From assembly GCA_963717405.1 (NCBI GenBank), contig OY970333.1, forward strand, positions 899,645 through 963,644: 64,000 nt of DNA, written 5' to 3'. This document shows, one piece after another, positions 10,443-19,315 of this stretch. Made by a program: the position numbers and the translations under genes. How positions within the stretch are numbered: position 1 is the first letter of the stretch; each line of letters opens with the position of its first letter. The notes under the pieces were generated by a model. The model saw only the letters and a list, made by a program, of their open reading frames with translations, was not told the origin of the DNA and did no database searches. The stretch comes from an uncultured Actinomycetes bacterium (GTDB lineage Bacteria; Actinomycetota; Thermoleophilia; Gaiellales; Gaiellaceae).

Positions 10443-11437
10443 GCCACCTCCTCGATCTCGGCGACCTTTACCTCGACCGGCCCGTGCGTGAGGAGGTCGT
10501 AGAGAACGGCCATGCGGATGACGAGCCCGCTTCGCACCTGCTTCTCGATCAGCGCGTCGGCCATGTCCGCGACAGCCCCGTCGATCTCGACGCCCCGGTT
10601 CATCGGCCCCGGGTGCATGACTTTCTGACCGGGCCGGATCCGCTCGGCGGTCACGCCCCAGCGCTCGGTGTACTCGCGGAGGCTCGGCACGTAGTTGGCG
10701 CCGGCCAGCATGCGCTCCTTCTGCATCCGGAGGACGTACACGACGTCGGCCGTGCGAATCGCGTCGATGTCGTAGGAGACCTCACAGCCCATCGTCTCGA
10801 TCCCTCGAGGGATGAGCGGAGGTGGCCCCACGAGGGTCACTCTGGCGCCCATGAGCAGCAGCGCCTGGACGTTCGAACGCGCCACCCGGGAGTGGAGGAC
10901 GTCTCCGACGATCGCCACGTGCAGGCCTGCGATCCCGCCGAGCTCCTCCTGGATCGTGTAGAGGTCGAGCAGCGCCTGGGTCGGATGCTGCCGCTTCCCG
11001 TCGCCCGCGTTCACGACGTGCGCGCGCGTCAGGCGGGCCACGAGGTCGGGGGCGCCGATCTCCGGGTGACGGATGACGATGACGTCCGGGTCGTAGCACC
11101 CGATGGTGAGAGCCGTGTCCTTCAGCGACTCGCCCTTGTCGACCGCGGAGCCGGTCGCCTTGATCGACATGACGTCCGCAGAGAGGCGCTTCGCCGCGAG
11201 CTCGAAGCTCGACGAGGTACGAGTCGAGCTCTCGTAGAAGAGGTTCACGACGGTTCGTCCGCGCAGGGCGGGGAGCTTCTTGACCTCCCGCTCGAGTGAG
11301 CGCGAGAGCGTGCGGGCGAGCGCGAGCAGCCGCTCCACGTCGTCGCTCGTCAGGTCGGCGATCGAGATCAGATGACGCCGCGGGGGCGGGTCGGGCGGCA
11401 GGAGCTCGTCGCGGATCAGGGATCGGACTTCGGCCAT
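10439..11437 (-). CDS. pyrB: Aspartate carbamoyltransferase catalytic subunit
   Basis: ATG 11437 gives 'MAEVRSL...'. 'STRTSSSFELAAKRL' and 'HPTQALLD' are present. The longer track ORF (to 12025) overlaps pyrR out of frame. Confidence 0.9.
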   Translation of the reverse strand: MAEVRSLIRDELLPPDPPPRRHLISIADLTSDDVERLLALARTLSRSLEREVKKLPALRGRTVVNLFYESSTRTSSSFELAAKRLSADVMSIKATGSAVDKGESLKDTALTIGCYDPDVIVIRHPEIGAPDLVARLTRAHVVNAGDGKRQHPTQALLDLYTIQEELGGIAGLHVAIVGDVLHSRVARSNVQALLLMGARVTLVGPPPLIPRGIETMGCEVSYDIDAIRTADVVYVLRMQKERMLAGANYVPSLREYTERWGVTAERIRPGQKVMHPGPMNRGVEIDGAVADMADALIEKQVRSGLVIRMAVLYDLLTHGPVEVKVAEIEEVA

Positions 11438-11439
11438 GG

Positions 11440-12018
11440 TCACCTCTCGGAGGACGGGGTCTGCAGGAGCACGGCGTCGACCTCGTCGACCTCGAGAAGC
11501 TGCACGGTGACGCGCTCGTCCTTCGAGGTCGGGAGGTTCTTGCCGACGTAATCGGGGCGGATCGGGAGCTCGCGGTGGCCGCGGTCGGCGAAGACGGCGA
11601 GCTGGATGCGGGCCGGGCGGCCGTACTCGAAGAGCGCGTCGATCGCGGCGCGGATCGTGCGGCCCGTGTAGAGGACGTCGTCGACGAGCACGATCGTCTT
11701 TCCTTCGAGCGGGAAGTCGAGCCTGGTCGCCTTGACGACGGGCTGCGGGCTTCGCGGGGCCTCGCCGCCTCGAACGACAACGTCGTCTCTGTGGAAGGTG
11801 ATGTCGAGCGTGCCGAGGTCGACCGAGCGGCCGGTGAACTCCTCGATCAGCCGCCGAAGCCGCTGGGCAAGCGGGACGCCGCGGGTGTGGATCCCGACAA
11901 GCGCGACCGCGTCGAGCTCGGGGTTCCCCTCGACGATCTCGTGGGCGATCCGCCTCAGCGTCCGATTGAGGGCTTCCGCGTCGAGCAGAAGCCGAGCCGC
12001 CTGCGCGGGCGCAGCCAC
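11440..12018 (-). CDS. pyrR: Bifunctional pyrimidine operon regulator / uracil phosphoribosyltransferase
   Basis: 192 aa with a GTG start and the PRPP motif 'LVDDVLYTGRTIRAA'. It is the first gene of the pyr operon. Confidence 0.9.
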   Translation of the reverse strand: MAAPAQAARLLLDAEALNRTLRRIAHEIVEGNPELDAVALVGIHTRGVPLAQRLRRLIEEFTGRSVDLGTLDITFHRDDVVVRGGEAPRSPQPVVKATRLDFPLEGKTIVLVDDVLYTGRTIRAAIDALFEYGRPARIQLAVFADRGHRELPIRPDYVGKNLPTSKDERVTVQLLEVDEVDAVLLQTPSSER

Positions 12019-12032
12019 GATCCACTCCTTTC

Positions 12033-12048
12033 CGGTCTCACAGGACCG
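12033..12048 (-). promoter_or_regulatory. Candidate PyrR-binding hairpin next to the pyrR RBS
   Basis: The minus-strand RNA reads CGGUC-CUGUGA-GACCG followed by GAAAGGAG (RBS at 12030-12025) and GTG 12018. The loop region GUCCUGUGAGAC resembles the PyrR box (UCCAGAGAGG) as I remember it. Confidence 0.4.
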
Positions 12049-12097
12049 AGTTAAAGGGTCGGCGCGAGTCTAGGCGATGTGGTCGGACGGAGCCCGC

Positions 12098-13234
12098 TTA
12101 GCCCGCGCAGGGGCCGGCCGCGACCGGGCGGAGACGACCCTCGGCTGCGTCGCGCACGATCTCGACCGGGATCCCGAAGCCGCCCCGCTCGTCACGCGTG
12201 GCGGCGAACATCATCCCGACGACCCGGCCGCGGGCATCGACCGCGGGCCCGCCGCTGTCGCCGCGGCGGACCGCGCCTCGGAGCGGGACGACCTCCCGGA
12301 GGACTGGCCCTTCTCCGTACGCGTTCCGGCCGAGGATCCGCCGCGTCGGGCCCGCCGTGCCCGGTGCCGACACGAGCGGGCCGTCGCCCGGGTAGCCGAG
12401 GAGCGCGACGGTGCGTGGCTCGTCGCTCTCAGGGGCTCGGACGAGCGGGGCCGTCGCCAGTCCCGGGACGCGGAGGAGCGCGACGTCGTTCTGCGAGTCG
12501 GCGTGAACGACCGACGCGTCGAGGTCTCCTCCGCTCGGCGTGAGCACGCGAGTGTCTTCCTGGCCCGTCACGACGTGGACGTTGGTGGCCACGAGCTCCG
12601 GGGCGACCACCCAGCCCGATCCCGAGACACTGAGGCCACACGACGTGCCGATGACCTTGACCACGGCGGACTGCGCGGCGCGGGCACCCGCGGCTTGCCG
12701 AACGCTCGGATCCGGGGCCGGCAGCCGCGATCCCGGCAGGTCGCCGAGGAGCGGCAGCGGATCGAATCGCCCCAGGGCGTTCAAGACCTCGTCGGGAGGG
12801 ACTGCGCCGATGAGCCGCGGGAGGATCTCGGAGCGCTGAACGTCGCTTCGTAGGCCCAGGCTCGGCTGCTGGAGGGCGACTACCGCGAAGAGCCAGGCAA
12901 GGGCCAGCCCCACCGCGGCGCCGAAGAGCGCTCCTCCCACGGCGTCGACGATCCGTGCCGGCCCGATCGCCACCATTCGGAAGAGGGGCCGCCCGAGCGC
13001 CACGGACGCGGTCTGGAGAAGGATCGCCCCGACCACCGCCCCGATCAGCCCGGCGACCGGGACCCACGCGGACGTCGCACCGCCGCCGACGAGATGCGGC
13101 GCGATCCTCGAGCCTGCCAGAGCTCCGAGCGCGAGCCCGACGAACGAAAGAAGCTGGACGGCGAGGCCGCGGGCGGCGCCGAAGGCCGCAGCGGCTGCGA
13201 CGAGGAGGGCGACCAGGAGATCCGGAACGCTCAC
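12098..13234 (-). CDS. CvpA-family membrane domain fused to a trypsin-like serine protease (MarP-like)
   Basis: GTG 13234 overlaps the upstream stop (GTGA). There are four hydrophobic helices, then 'ATNVHVV', 'NDVALL' and 'GDSGGP' as the catalytic triad context. The 577-aa track ORF N-terminus is Arg/Pro-rich out-of-frame sequence. Confidence 0.8.
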   Translation of the reverse strand: MSVPDLLVALLVAAAAAFGAARGLAVQLLSFVGLALGALAGSRIAPHLVGGGATSAWVPVAGLIGAVVGAILLQTASVALGRPLFRMVAIGPARIVDAVGGALFGAAVGLALAWLFAVVALQQPSLGLRSDVQRSEILPRLIGAVPPDEVLNALGRFDPLPLLGDLPGSRLPAPDPSVRQAAGARAAQSAVVKVIGTSCGLSVSGSGWVVAPELVATNVHVVTGQEDTRVLTPSGGDLDASVVHADSQNDVALLRVPGLATAPLVRAPESDEPRTVALLGYPGDGPLVSAPGTAGPTRRILGRNAYGEGPVLREVVPLRGAVRRGDSGGPAVDARGRVVGMMFAATRDERGGFGIPVEIVRDAAEGRLRPVAAGPCAG

Positions 13235-13992
13235 GGGCGTTCGGCCACGAGGACGACCCAGCGGAGCTCGTTCGCCACGAGCTCGGGAAGCTCCGCCTCG
13301 GCCCGCTCGGTGCCGCTCGCCAGCTCGTCGGGGGGCACGAGTTGGAGCGTGGAGATGTACCGCCCGTGGATCCGCGCGAGGGCGTCCGCGCGGAGGAGCG
13401 TCTCCGACTGGGTGAGGCGCTCGACGCGCGGCGGCCGAAAGCCGGCGACCTCGAGCTCGTCTGCGAGCGCCTCGGGCGAAGGGAACCTCGCGGCGTCGAT
13501 CGTCTCGACTGAGGGGAAGAACCGATTGAGCCAGAAGCGCCGGAAGTGGGATGGATCGAACGTCCCGATGACGACGCGGCCTCCCGGGGCGAGGACACGC
13601 GCCAGTTCCGGCAGCGCTCGACGCCGGTCGACGAGGTGGACGACGAGGCGGAGCACTGCCCGCTCGAACCAGGCGTCCTTGAACGGAAGACATTCGGCGC
13701 GGCCGATCTTGAGGCCGACTGTCCGCCTGCCATGGCGGCGGGCGACCGCGAGCATCTCCTCGGACGCGTCGACTCCCCAGACCCGAGCTCCGCGTTCGGC
13801 GAGGGCCCGCGCGACCGCGCCGGTACCGCACCCGACATCGAGGACTCGCCTACCCGCCAGGTCGCCGGCCTCGACCATGAGGTCGAGGATCTCCGACCAG
13901 CTTTCGTCGGGAGGGCGGAGTTGGTCGTACGTCTCGGCGAGCAGACCGAAGTCGGGCGCTCTACGCGCCTTACGGGCCTCCAAGGAGCTCAT
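13231..13992 (-). CDS. Class I SAM-dependent methyltransferase
   Basis: 253 aa with motif I 'VLDVGCGTGAVARALAERG'. Confidence 0.8.
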   Translation of the reverse strand: MSSLEARKARRAPDFGLLAETYDQLRPPDESWSEILDLMVEAGDLAGRRVLDVGCGTGAVARALAERGARVWGVDASEEMLAVARRHGRRTVGLKIGRAECLPFKDAWFERAVLRLVVHLVDRRRALPELARVLAPGGRVVIGTFDPSHFRRFWLNRFFPSVETIDAARFPSPEALADELEVAGFRPPRVERLTQSETLLRADALARIHGRYISTLQLVPPDELASGTERAEAELPELVANELRWVVLVAERP

Positions 13993-14194
13993 TCGGATCT
14001 GTCATCGCCTCGACGGCATTCTGCGCCGCCTCAAGCGAATCCTCCGGCACGAGCACCTTGGTCGGAACGTCGTCGAGCGAGTCCGGCGGGTCATCACCCG
14101 CGCTCTCGAGCTGCGACGCGATCCCGGCCGACGTCAGGATCGCCTGGATCTCCTCGGCCTCGGCCAGATCCTGCGTCAATGCCAGCTGGACCAT
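13970..14194 (-). CDS. Small acidic protein, DUF2007-like
   Basis: From ATG 14194 it reads 'MVQLALTQDLAEAEEIQAILTSAGI...'. The track ORF starts at TTG 14203. GC3 codon usage looks native. It overlaps the RNase Z ORF tail in another frame. Confidence 0.5.
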   Translation of the reverse strand: MVQLALTQDLAEAEEIQAILTSAGIASQLESAGDDPPDSLDDVPTKVLVPEDSLEAAQNAVEAMTDPNELLGGP

Positions 14195-15173
14195 CGTCGC
14201 CAACCGCCTCGGCCTCCTCGTAGCGCCCGAGCGCCCCGCCCTTTACGAGCCGGGGTGCTCCCCTCTCCGGAAACGGGATGTCGATGATATCGAAGTCCCT
14301 GGGAACGATCGTTTCCGGAAAGACGACACGCGCCTCCCGGGCGATCTCCGGCCCGAAGTAGCGATTCGAGAGATGCGTCAGGACGAGCATCTGCACGCCG
14401 GCGTCCCGCGCGAGCTCGGCGGCCTGAACTGCCGTCGCGTGCCCGGTTTCCTCCGCCCGCTCACGCTCCTCGTCGCCGAACGTCCCATCGTGGACGAGCA
14501 CGCTCGCTGCTCGAGCAACGTCCTCGACGAATGCAGCGGCGCGCGTGTCCCCGGTGAGCACGATCTTCCTGCCGGCCCGCGGAGCCCCGAGCACCTGCTG
14601 GGACGTCACCCTGGATCCGTCGGGCGTCGTGACGGGCTCACCACGCTGGAGAGCCCCGAAGAGCGGTCCGCGCGGCACACCCAGCCTGAGCGCCTCGTCT
14701 TCGTCGAAGCGACCTGGCCGTGGACTCTCGACGAGGGCGTAGCCGTTCGAGGCCATGCCGTGCTGCACTCGGAAGACGACGATCTGGTACTCGCCTCGCT
14801 CGAGGACGTCGCCGGGCCTGAGCTCCTCGAGCTGGAGCCGGTACGTGAGCTTCCCGAAGATCCGCGCGAGCGACCCGAAGAGGTCGACGAGGCCCGGGGG
14901 CCCGTACACCGTGAGCGGGAGCTCGCGACCTCGGAGGGAGAACGTCTTCAGCATCCCTGGCAGCCCGAGGTAGTGATCGGCGTGGTAGTGGGTCACATAG
15001 ACCTCGGGCAGCTCCGGCAGCCCGACGCTGGAGCGCAGGAGCTGTCGCTGCGTACCCTCGCCGCAGTCGACGAGAATCCGCTCGCCGCCGCGGCGAATGA
15101 GCGTTGCGGCAGGCCCTCGCCGCGCCGTCGGAACCGAGCCGGACGTGCCGAGAAAGACGAGATCGAGATCCAC
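14094..15173 (-). CDS. rnz: Ribonuclease Z (metallo-beta-lactamase fold)
   Basis: 'LVFLGTSGSVPT' and 'THYHADHYLGLPG' are present. Homology appears to end near 'DIPFPERG'. The last ~45 aa are low-complexity and overlap the next gene. Confidence 0.85.
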   Translation of the reverse strand: MDLDLVFLGTSGSVPTARRGPAATLIRRGGERILVDCGEGTQRQLLRSSVGLPELPEVYVTHYHADHYLGLPGMLKTFSLRGRELPLTVYGPPGLVDLFGSLARIFGKLTYRLQLEELRPGDVLERGEYQIVVFRVQHGMASNGYALVESPRPGRFDEDEALRLGVPRGPLFGALQRGEPVTTPDGSRVTSQQVLGAPRAGRKIVLTGDTRAAAFVEDVARAASVLVHDGTFGDEERERAEETGHATAVQAAELARDAGVQMLVLTHLSNRYFGPEIAREARVVFPETIVPRDFDIIDIPFPERGAPRLVKGGALGRYEEAEAVGDDGPAGIDAGSGRGRGDPGDPDVGRDRVAARERG

Positions 15174-15253
15174 GGAGCCAGTCTACGGCGCTCCTCGAGC
15201 GCCCCACTCCTCGCCGCGCCGCCCTATAGGCGAGCCGGGATCTCGACGCCGAG

Positions 15254-15508
15254 CTAGCGGGGTACGAGGATCACGTCCCCCGGGCGCAGCTTCGAGCCCT
15301 CGAGTTTGTTTGCCTCTTGAAGCTTCCAGACGCCCTCGCGCGGGTCCCCCCCGTAGCGTGCCTCGGCGATCGCCCAAAGCGTGTCTCCGGGTTGCACCAC
15401 GTATCGCGCCTCTGGAGTCGCCCCGACCGACGGCCGCGCCGCCCCCAGCGCGAAAGCCGCGAAAAGCGCCAGGACGACTCCGAGAGATGTGAGACGCGAA
15501 ACGAACAT
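15254..15508 (-). CDS. Secreted LysM-domain protein
   Basis: 84 aa with a signal-like 'LTSLGVVLALFAAFALGAA' and the LysM motif 'YVVQPGDTLWAIAEARYG'. Confidence 0.8.
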   Translation of the reverse strand: MFVSRLTSLGVVLALFAAFALGAARPSVGATPEARYVVQPGDTLWAIAEARYGGDPREGVWKLQEANKLEGSKLRPGDVILVPR

Positions 15509-15556
15509 GCGTTCGCAACGGTAACGAACAGACGTTCGCGTGTCAAGGGTTCGACG

Positions 15557-16030
15557 TCACGAAACGGTGACGAGCCGCGCCCGGGCTCCGTCCCACGCGG
15601 CCATCGTCCTCGCGGGCGAGCGGCGGCGCTCCGTCGGGCTCCCGGGATTGACGATCCAGGTGTCCTCGACGCGGGCGACTTCGGGCGTATGCGTGTGGCC
15701 GTACGCGATCACATGGCAGTCCGGGAACCAGCCGAGGAGGCGCTCATGCCGGCCCGCGCCGGGTCCCGCGTCATGGACGAGACCGAATCGAGTCCCCTCC
15801 CACTCGACGACGAGCCGCTCGGCCAGCTCGGATTGCAGCGCCGGTTCGTCCATGTTCCCGGCGACCGCCCGCACCGGCGGGCCGAGAGCCCGAAGCCCCA
15901 CCAGCACCTCCCGGGTCGTCACGTCGCCGGTATGGAGCACGAGCTCCGCTCTCCGCAGGAGCTCCACACACACGTCCGGAAGCCGCCGCGAGCCTCGCGG
16001 CAGGTGGGTGTCGCCGAGGATGGCGATCAG
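15557..16030 (-). CDS. YfcE/MJ0936-type metallophosphoesterase (start unresolved)
   Basis: 'VAGNMD' and 'GHTHTP' are in the track ORF. Motif I 'LIAILGDTHL' is in-frame upstream of the track's first start codon. The only start there is CTG 16030-16028, which overlaps the upstream stop. Confidence 0.75.
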   Translation of the reverse strand: MIAILGDTHLPRGSRRLPDVCVELLRRAELVLHTGDVTTREVLVGLRALGPPVRAVAGNMDEPALQSELAERLVVEWEGTRFGLVHDAGPGAGRHERLLGWFPDCHVIAYGHTHTPEVARVEDTWIVNPGSPTERRRSPARTMAAWDGARARLVTVS

Positions 16031-17136
16031 ACCAGGCCGGGCAAGAAGCGCCCGTCCCGGTAGACGAGTTCCCCGTCGGCATAGACCTCGCTGCCCGAGC
16101 GCAGGTCGCAGACGAGATCCCAGTGGAGCGCCGACAGGTTCTGTCCCCCGCTTTCCGGATACGCCTTGCCGAGCGCGAGATGCACCGTGCCACCGATCTT
16201 CTCGTCGAAGAGCGTGTTCTTCGTGAACTGTGTGATCGCGTCGTTCATCCCGAAGGCGAACTCACCGGCGCGCCGGGCGCCGTCATCCATCTGGAGCATG
16301 CCGTCGAGGAAGTCCTGGCCGCGGGCGGCCGACGCTTCGACGACTTCCCCGCCGGAGAAGACGAGCCTGACGTCCTCCACGAGCCGACCCTGAAAGCTCG
16401 CCGGGTACGTGAAGTGGATCTCGCCTTCGAGGCTCGTCTCCACCGGGCCGGTGAACACCTCGCCGTCGGGAAAGTTCTCCTCGCCCCCGCAGGGGATCCA
16501 GGAGCGGCCTTCCACGCCGAGGGTCAGATCGGTCCCGTCGGCCACTACCCGGAGCTCGCGCTTCCCGCCGAGCCAGGATGCAAGGCTCCGAAGGTCGTCG
16601 CCGAAGCTCCTCCACTCCGCGACGGGATCCTCAGCGTCCAGGCGGCCCGCGCTATAGACGAAGTCCTCGTACTCGGCGAGCGACATCTCGGCGTCCTGAG
16701 CCGCTGCGTTCGTCGGATAGACGGTGATCGTCCACCGGAGCTCGCCGGCGGCGGCCCGCTCGAGGTAGCGGTCTCTGAGCGGCTGCCGAGCCTTGCCCGC
16801 GCGGGCGAGCCGAGCCGGGTCGACGTTCGTGAGCGCGCGCGTGTTCGTCTCCGCCTCGAGCACGATCCGGACGTCCGTGCGTTCGTAGTCCTCCACCCTC
16901 GCCGGGTTGACCCAGTCGAGCTGCGAGTCTGAGCCGAGCGTCAGAAGCGTCTCGGCTGTTCCTTCGAGCGCGATGCGGGCCTGCGGGAACGCGCCCACCT
17001 CGAGGATGCGGCGATGGACGGCTCGAACGAGAGGCGCTGCGGCTACCGGGCTCTCGACGAGGACGTGCTGGCCGGGCTGCACTGCCGTCGAGTAGTCGAC
17101 GAGCACGCGCGCGAGGCGCTCGACTCGTGCGTCCAC
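16027..17136 (-). CDS. M29 (AmpS/PepS-type) aminopeptidase, copy 2
   Basis: 369 aa with 'GGTVHLALG' and 'LHWDLVCDL'. The GTG start shares one nt with the upstream stop (TAGTG). Confidence 0.85.
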   Translation of the reverse strand: MDARVERLARVLVDYSTAVQPGQHVLVESPVAAAPLVRAVHRRILEVGAFPQARIALEGTAETLLTLGSDSQLDWVNPARVEDYERTDVRIVLEAETNTRALTNVDPARLARAGKARQPLRDRYLERAAAGELRWTITVYPTNAAAQDAEMSLAEYEDFVYSAGRLDAEDPVAEWRSFGDDLRSLASWLGGKRELRVVADGTDLTLGVEGRSWIPCGGEENFPDGEVFTGPVETSLEGEIHFTYPASFQGRLVEDVRLVFSGGEVVEASAARGQDFLDGMLQMDDGARRAGEFAFGMNDAITQFTKNTLFDEKIGGTVHLALGKAYPESGGQNLSALHWDLVCDLRSGSEVYADGELVYRDGRFLPGLV

Positions 17137-18263
17137 TAGACGGCCTGCACCTCCGCAGGCTCCTCGAGAAACGAGCCGGCCCGCCAGACGAGCTCGCCGT
17201 CCGCGAAGACCTCGCCTTCCTCACGGAGGTCGCAGATCAGATCCCAGTGGAGCCCTGACGTGTTCTGCCCGCCGGCCTGCGGAAACCCTGCGCCGAGCGC
17301 GAGGTGCATCGTGCCGCCGATCTTCTCGTCGAAGAGGATGTTCCGCGTGAAGCGGTCGATCTCGTAGTTGAGCCCGAACGCGATCTCGCCCGCGATCCGC
17401 GCCCCGTCGTCCATGTCGAGCAGCGATTCCAGGTAGTCGCCGCCACGCGCAGCCGCCGCCGACACGACACGTCCGCCCTCGAACCGGAGCCGCACGTCCT
17501 CGACCTCGCGCCCCTGGAAGATCGCCGGAAACGTGAAGCGGATCTCGCCCTCGGTCTCCGTCTCGACCGGGCTCGTGAAGACCTCCCCGTCGGGCATGTT
17601 GTATCGCCCTTCCGCCGCGAGCCAGGTGCGGCCCCCGACTCCGACTTTGAGATCAGTGTCCGGCCCGACCACGCGGAGCTCCCGCACCGACGCGAGCGAC
17701 GCCGCGCGCGCGCCGAGCTCCATCGCGACCTTGCGCCAGTGCTCGGCGGGGTTCTCCGTGTCCACGTGGCAGGCGCCGAAGACGAACGCCTCGTAGTCAG
17801 CGAGCGACATGTCCGCGTCCTGCGCGTGCGCGGCCGTCGGTTGCAACGTGCCGCACCAGGCCATCGCGCCCGCGGCAATGCGCTCCCAGCGCCGGTTCGA
17901 GAGCTGCCGGTGCGCCGCGATGTGGCGGCTGTGCCGCGCCGGGTCGACCCGCGACAGCGACCGCGTGTTCGCCTCGGACCAGACGGTCGCGAGCGCGTCG
18001 ATCGTCTCGATCTCCTTCCACTGCGTCGGCGAGATATAGGCGAGCTGCTCGTCCGAGCCCGAGTCGAGCAGCTGCTCCAGCAGGCCGTCGAGGCCGACAC
18101 TCGTATACGGGAGGGCGCCGACCGAGAGGGCGGAGCGGTAGATGGCGAGCATGAGCGGCGCCCCGGCGTCGAGGCCGTCGATCCGAACGACGTCGCCCTC
18201 CCCGAGATCGAGGGAGTAGCCGACGATGAGTTCTGCGAGCCTCTCCACGCGCGGGTCTGTCAT
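17136..18263 (-). CDS. M29 (AmpS/PepS-type) aminopeptidase, copy 1
   Basis: 375 aa. It is a paralogue of the adjacent gene ('GGTMHLALG', 'LHWDLICDL'). Confidence 0.85.
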   Translation of the reverse strand: MTDPRVERLAELIVGYSLDLGEGDVVRIDGLDAGAPLMLAIYRSALSVGALPYTSVGLDGLLEQLLDSGSDEQLAYISPTQWKEIETIDALATVWSEANTRSLSRVDPARHSRHIAAHRQLSNRRWERIAAGAMAWCGTLQPTAAHAQDADMSLADYEAFVFGACHVDTENPAEHWRKVAMELGARAASLASVRELRVVGPDTDLKVGVGGRTWLAAEGRYNMPDGEVFTSPVETETEGEIRFTFPAIFQGREVEDVRLRFEGGRVVSAAAARGGDYLESLLDMDDGARIAGEIAFGLNYEIDRFTRNILFDEKIGGTMHLALGAGFPQAGGQNTSGLHWDLICDLREEGEVFADGELVWRAGSFLEEPAEVQAV

Positions 18264-19315
18264 GCCGCCTTCGTTCCCGCCGGGGCCGGACCTATCCCCG
18301 CGGGGAGTCCGGCGAGAACGGCGTCGAGGAGCCGCTCGGCGCCGAAGCGCACCGGATCGTCGGTGGGAAGGCCTGTCTCGGACTCGATCTCGGCAATGGC
18401 GGCGCGGGCGTCGTCGTCTCCGAGCCGATGCGTGTTCACCGCGACGGCAAGCACCTCCGCCGGCCGCGCCGGGAGCGAAATCCGCTCGTGGAGCGCGATG
18501 AGCTCGCTGAGCCGAGGGATCGGGTGTCCTGGACAGCCTTCGAGCTCGGTCGCTCCCGCGAGGTGGCAGAGGACATAGGCGTGCGGGGCGCTTCCGTGCA
18601 TGAGCCCGAGGGTGACCCCGGAGTACTGGGGGTGGATGATCGCCCCCTGGCCCTCGACCCAGAGGAGCTCGCCGCGGGAGGCGCCTTCGACCACGAGCCG
18701 CTCGCTGGCGCCCGCGATGAAGTCAGCGACCACGGCGTCGACCGAGATCCCCCAGCCTGCGATCGCGATCCCGGTCTGGCCCGTGGGGACGAAGACCGAC
18801 CGAAGACCGCGCGCGCGGGCAGCGCGGTCGAGCTCCAGGGAGACGGTCATCTTCCCGATCGCGCAATCCGAGCCGACCGTGAGGACGGTGGCCGCCTCGT
18901 GGTCGAGATTCACCCCGGTCGGAACCGAGAGGTCCTCTGGCGGCCGGCGCAGGTCGCGGAGGGCGACGCCCTTCCGACGGGCGAGCTCGGAGAGCTCCGG
19001 ATCGTCGGTGAGGAAGATGTGCATCCCCGACTCGACGTCGAGCCCGGCTTCGATGACAGCTCGGAGCAAGCCCTGCCAGGCTGCCGGCAGCCGCCCGCCT
19101 GCAGTCGCCACGCCGACGAGCGCCGTGTCGGGCTCGTGGCGAAGTGCTTCGGCCACGGTGGCGACGATGGGAAGGCCGTCGAGCTCCTCACCCGCGTGTT
19201 CCGAGTCGAGAAGCGCCACGACCTCGTCACGCCGGTAGCGGAGGACGCCGCGCATTGTCTTCCCGTAGTGCGGGTCGAACACGTGGCCTTCAGCGAGGAT
19301 CAGGTACTGCTTCAT
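18260..19315 (-). CDS. DUF1611-family protein (DgcN-like N-acetyltransferase candidate)
   Basis: From ATG 19315 it reads 'MKQYLILAEGHVFDPHYGKTMRGVLRYR...VGSDCAIGKMT...VEGQGAIIHP', which looks like DUF1611 by eye. The track ORF N-terminus overlaps the epimerase gene. Confidence 0.7.
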   Translation of the reverse strand: MKQYLILAEGHVFDPHYGKTMRGVLRYRRDEVVALLDSEHAGEELDGLPIVATVAEALRHEPDTALVGVATAGGRLPAAWQGLLRAVIEAGLDVESGMHIFLTDDPELSELARRKGVALRDLRRPPEDLSVPTGVNLDHEAATVLTVGSDCAIGKMTVSLELDRAARARGLRSVFVPTGQTGIAIAGWGISVDAVVADFIAGASERLVVEGASRGELLWVEGQGAIIHPQYSGVTLGLMHGSAPHAYVLCHLAGATELEGCPGHPIPRLSELIALHERISLPARPAEVLAVAVNTHRLGDDDARAAIAEIESETGLPTDDPVRFGAERLLDAVLAGLPAGIGPAPAGTKAA

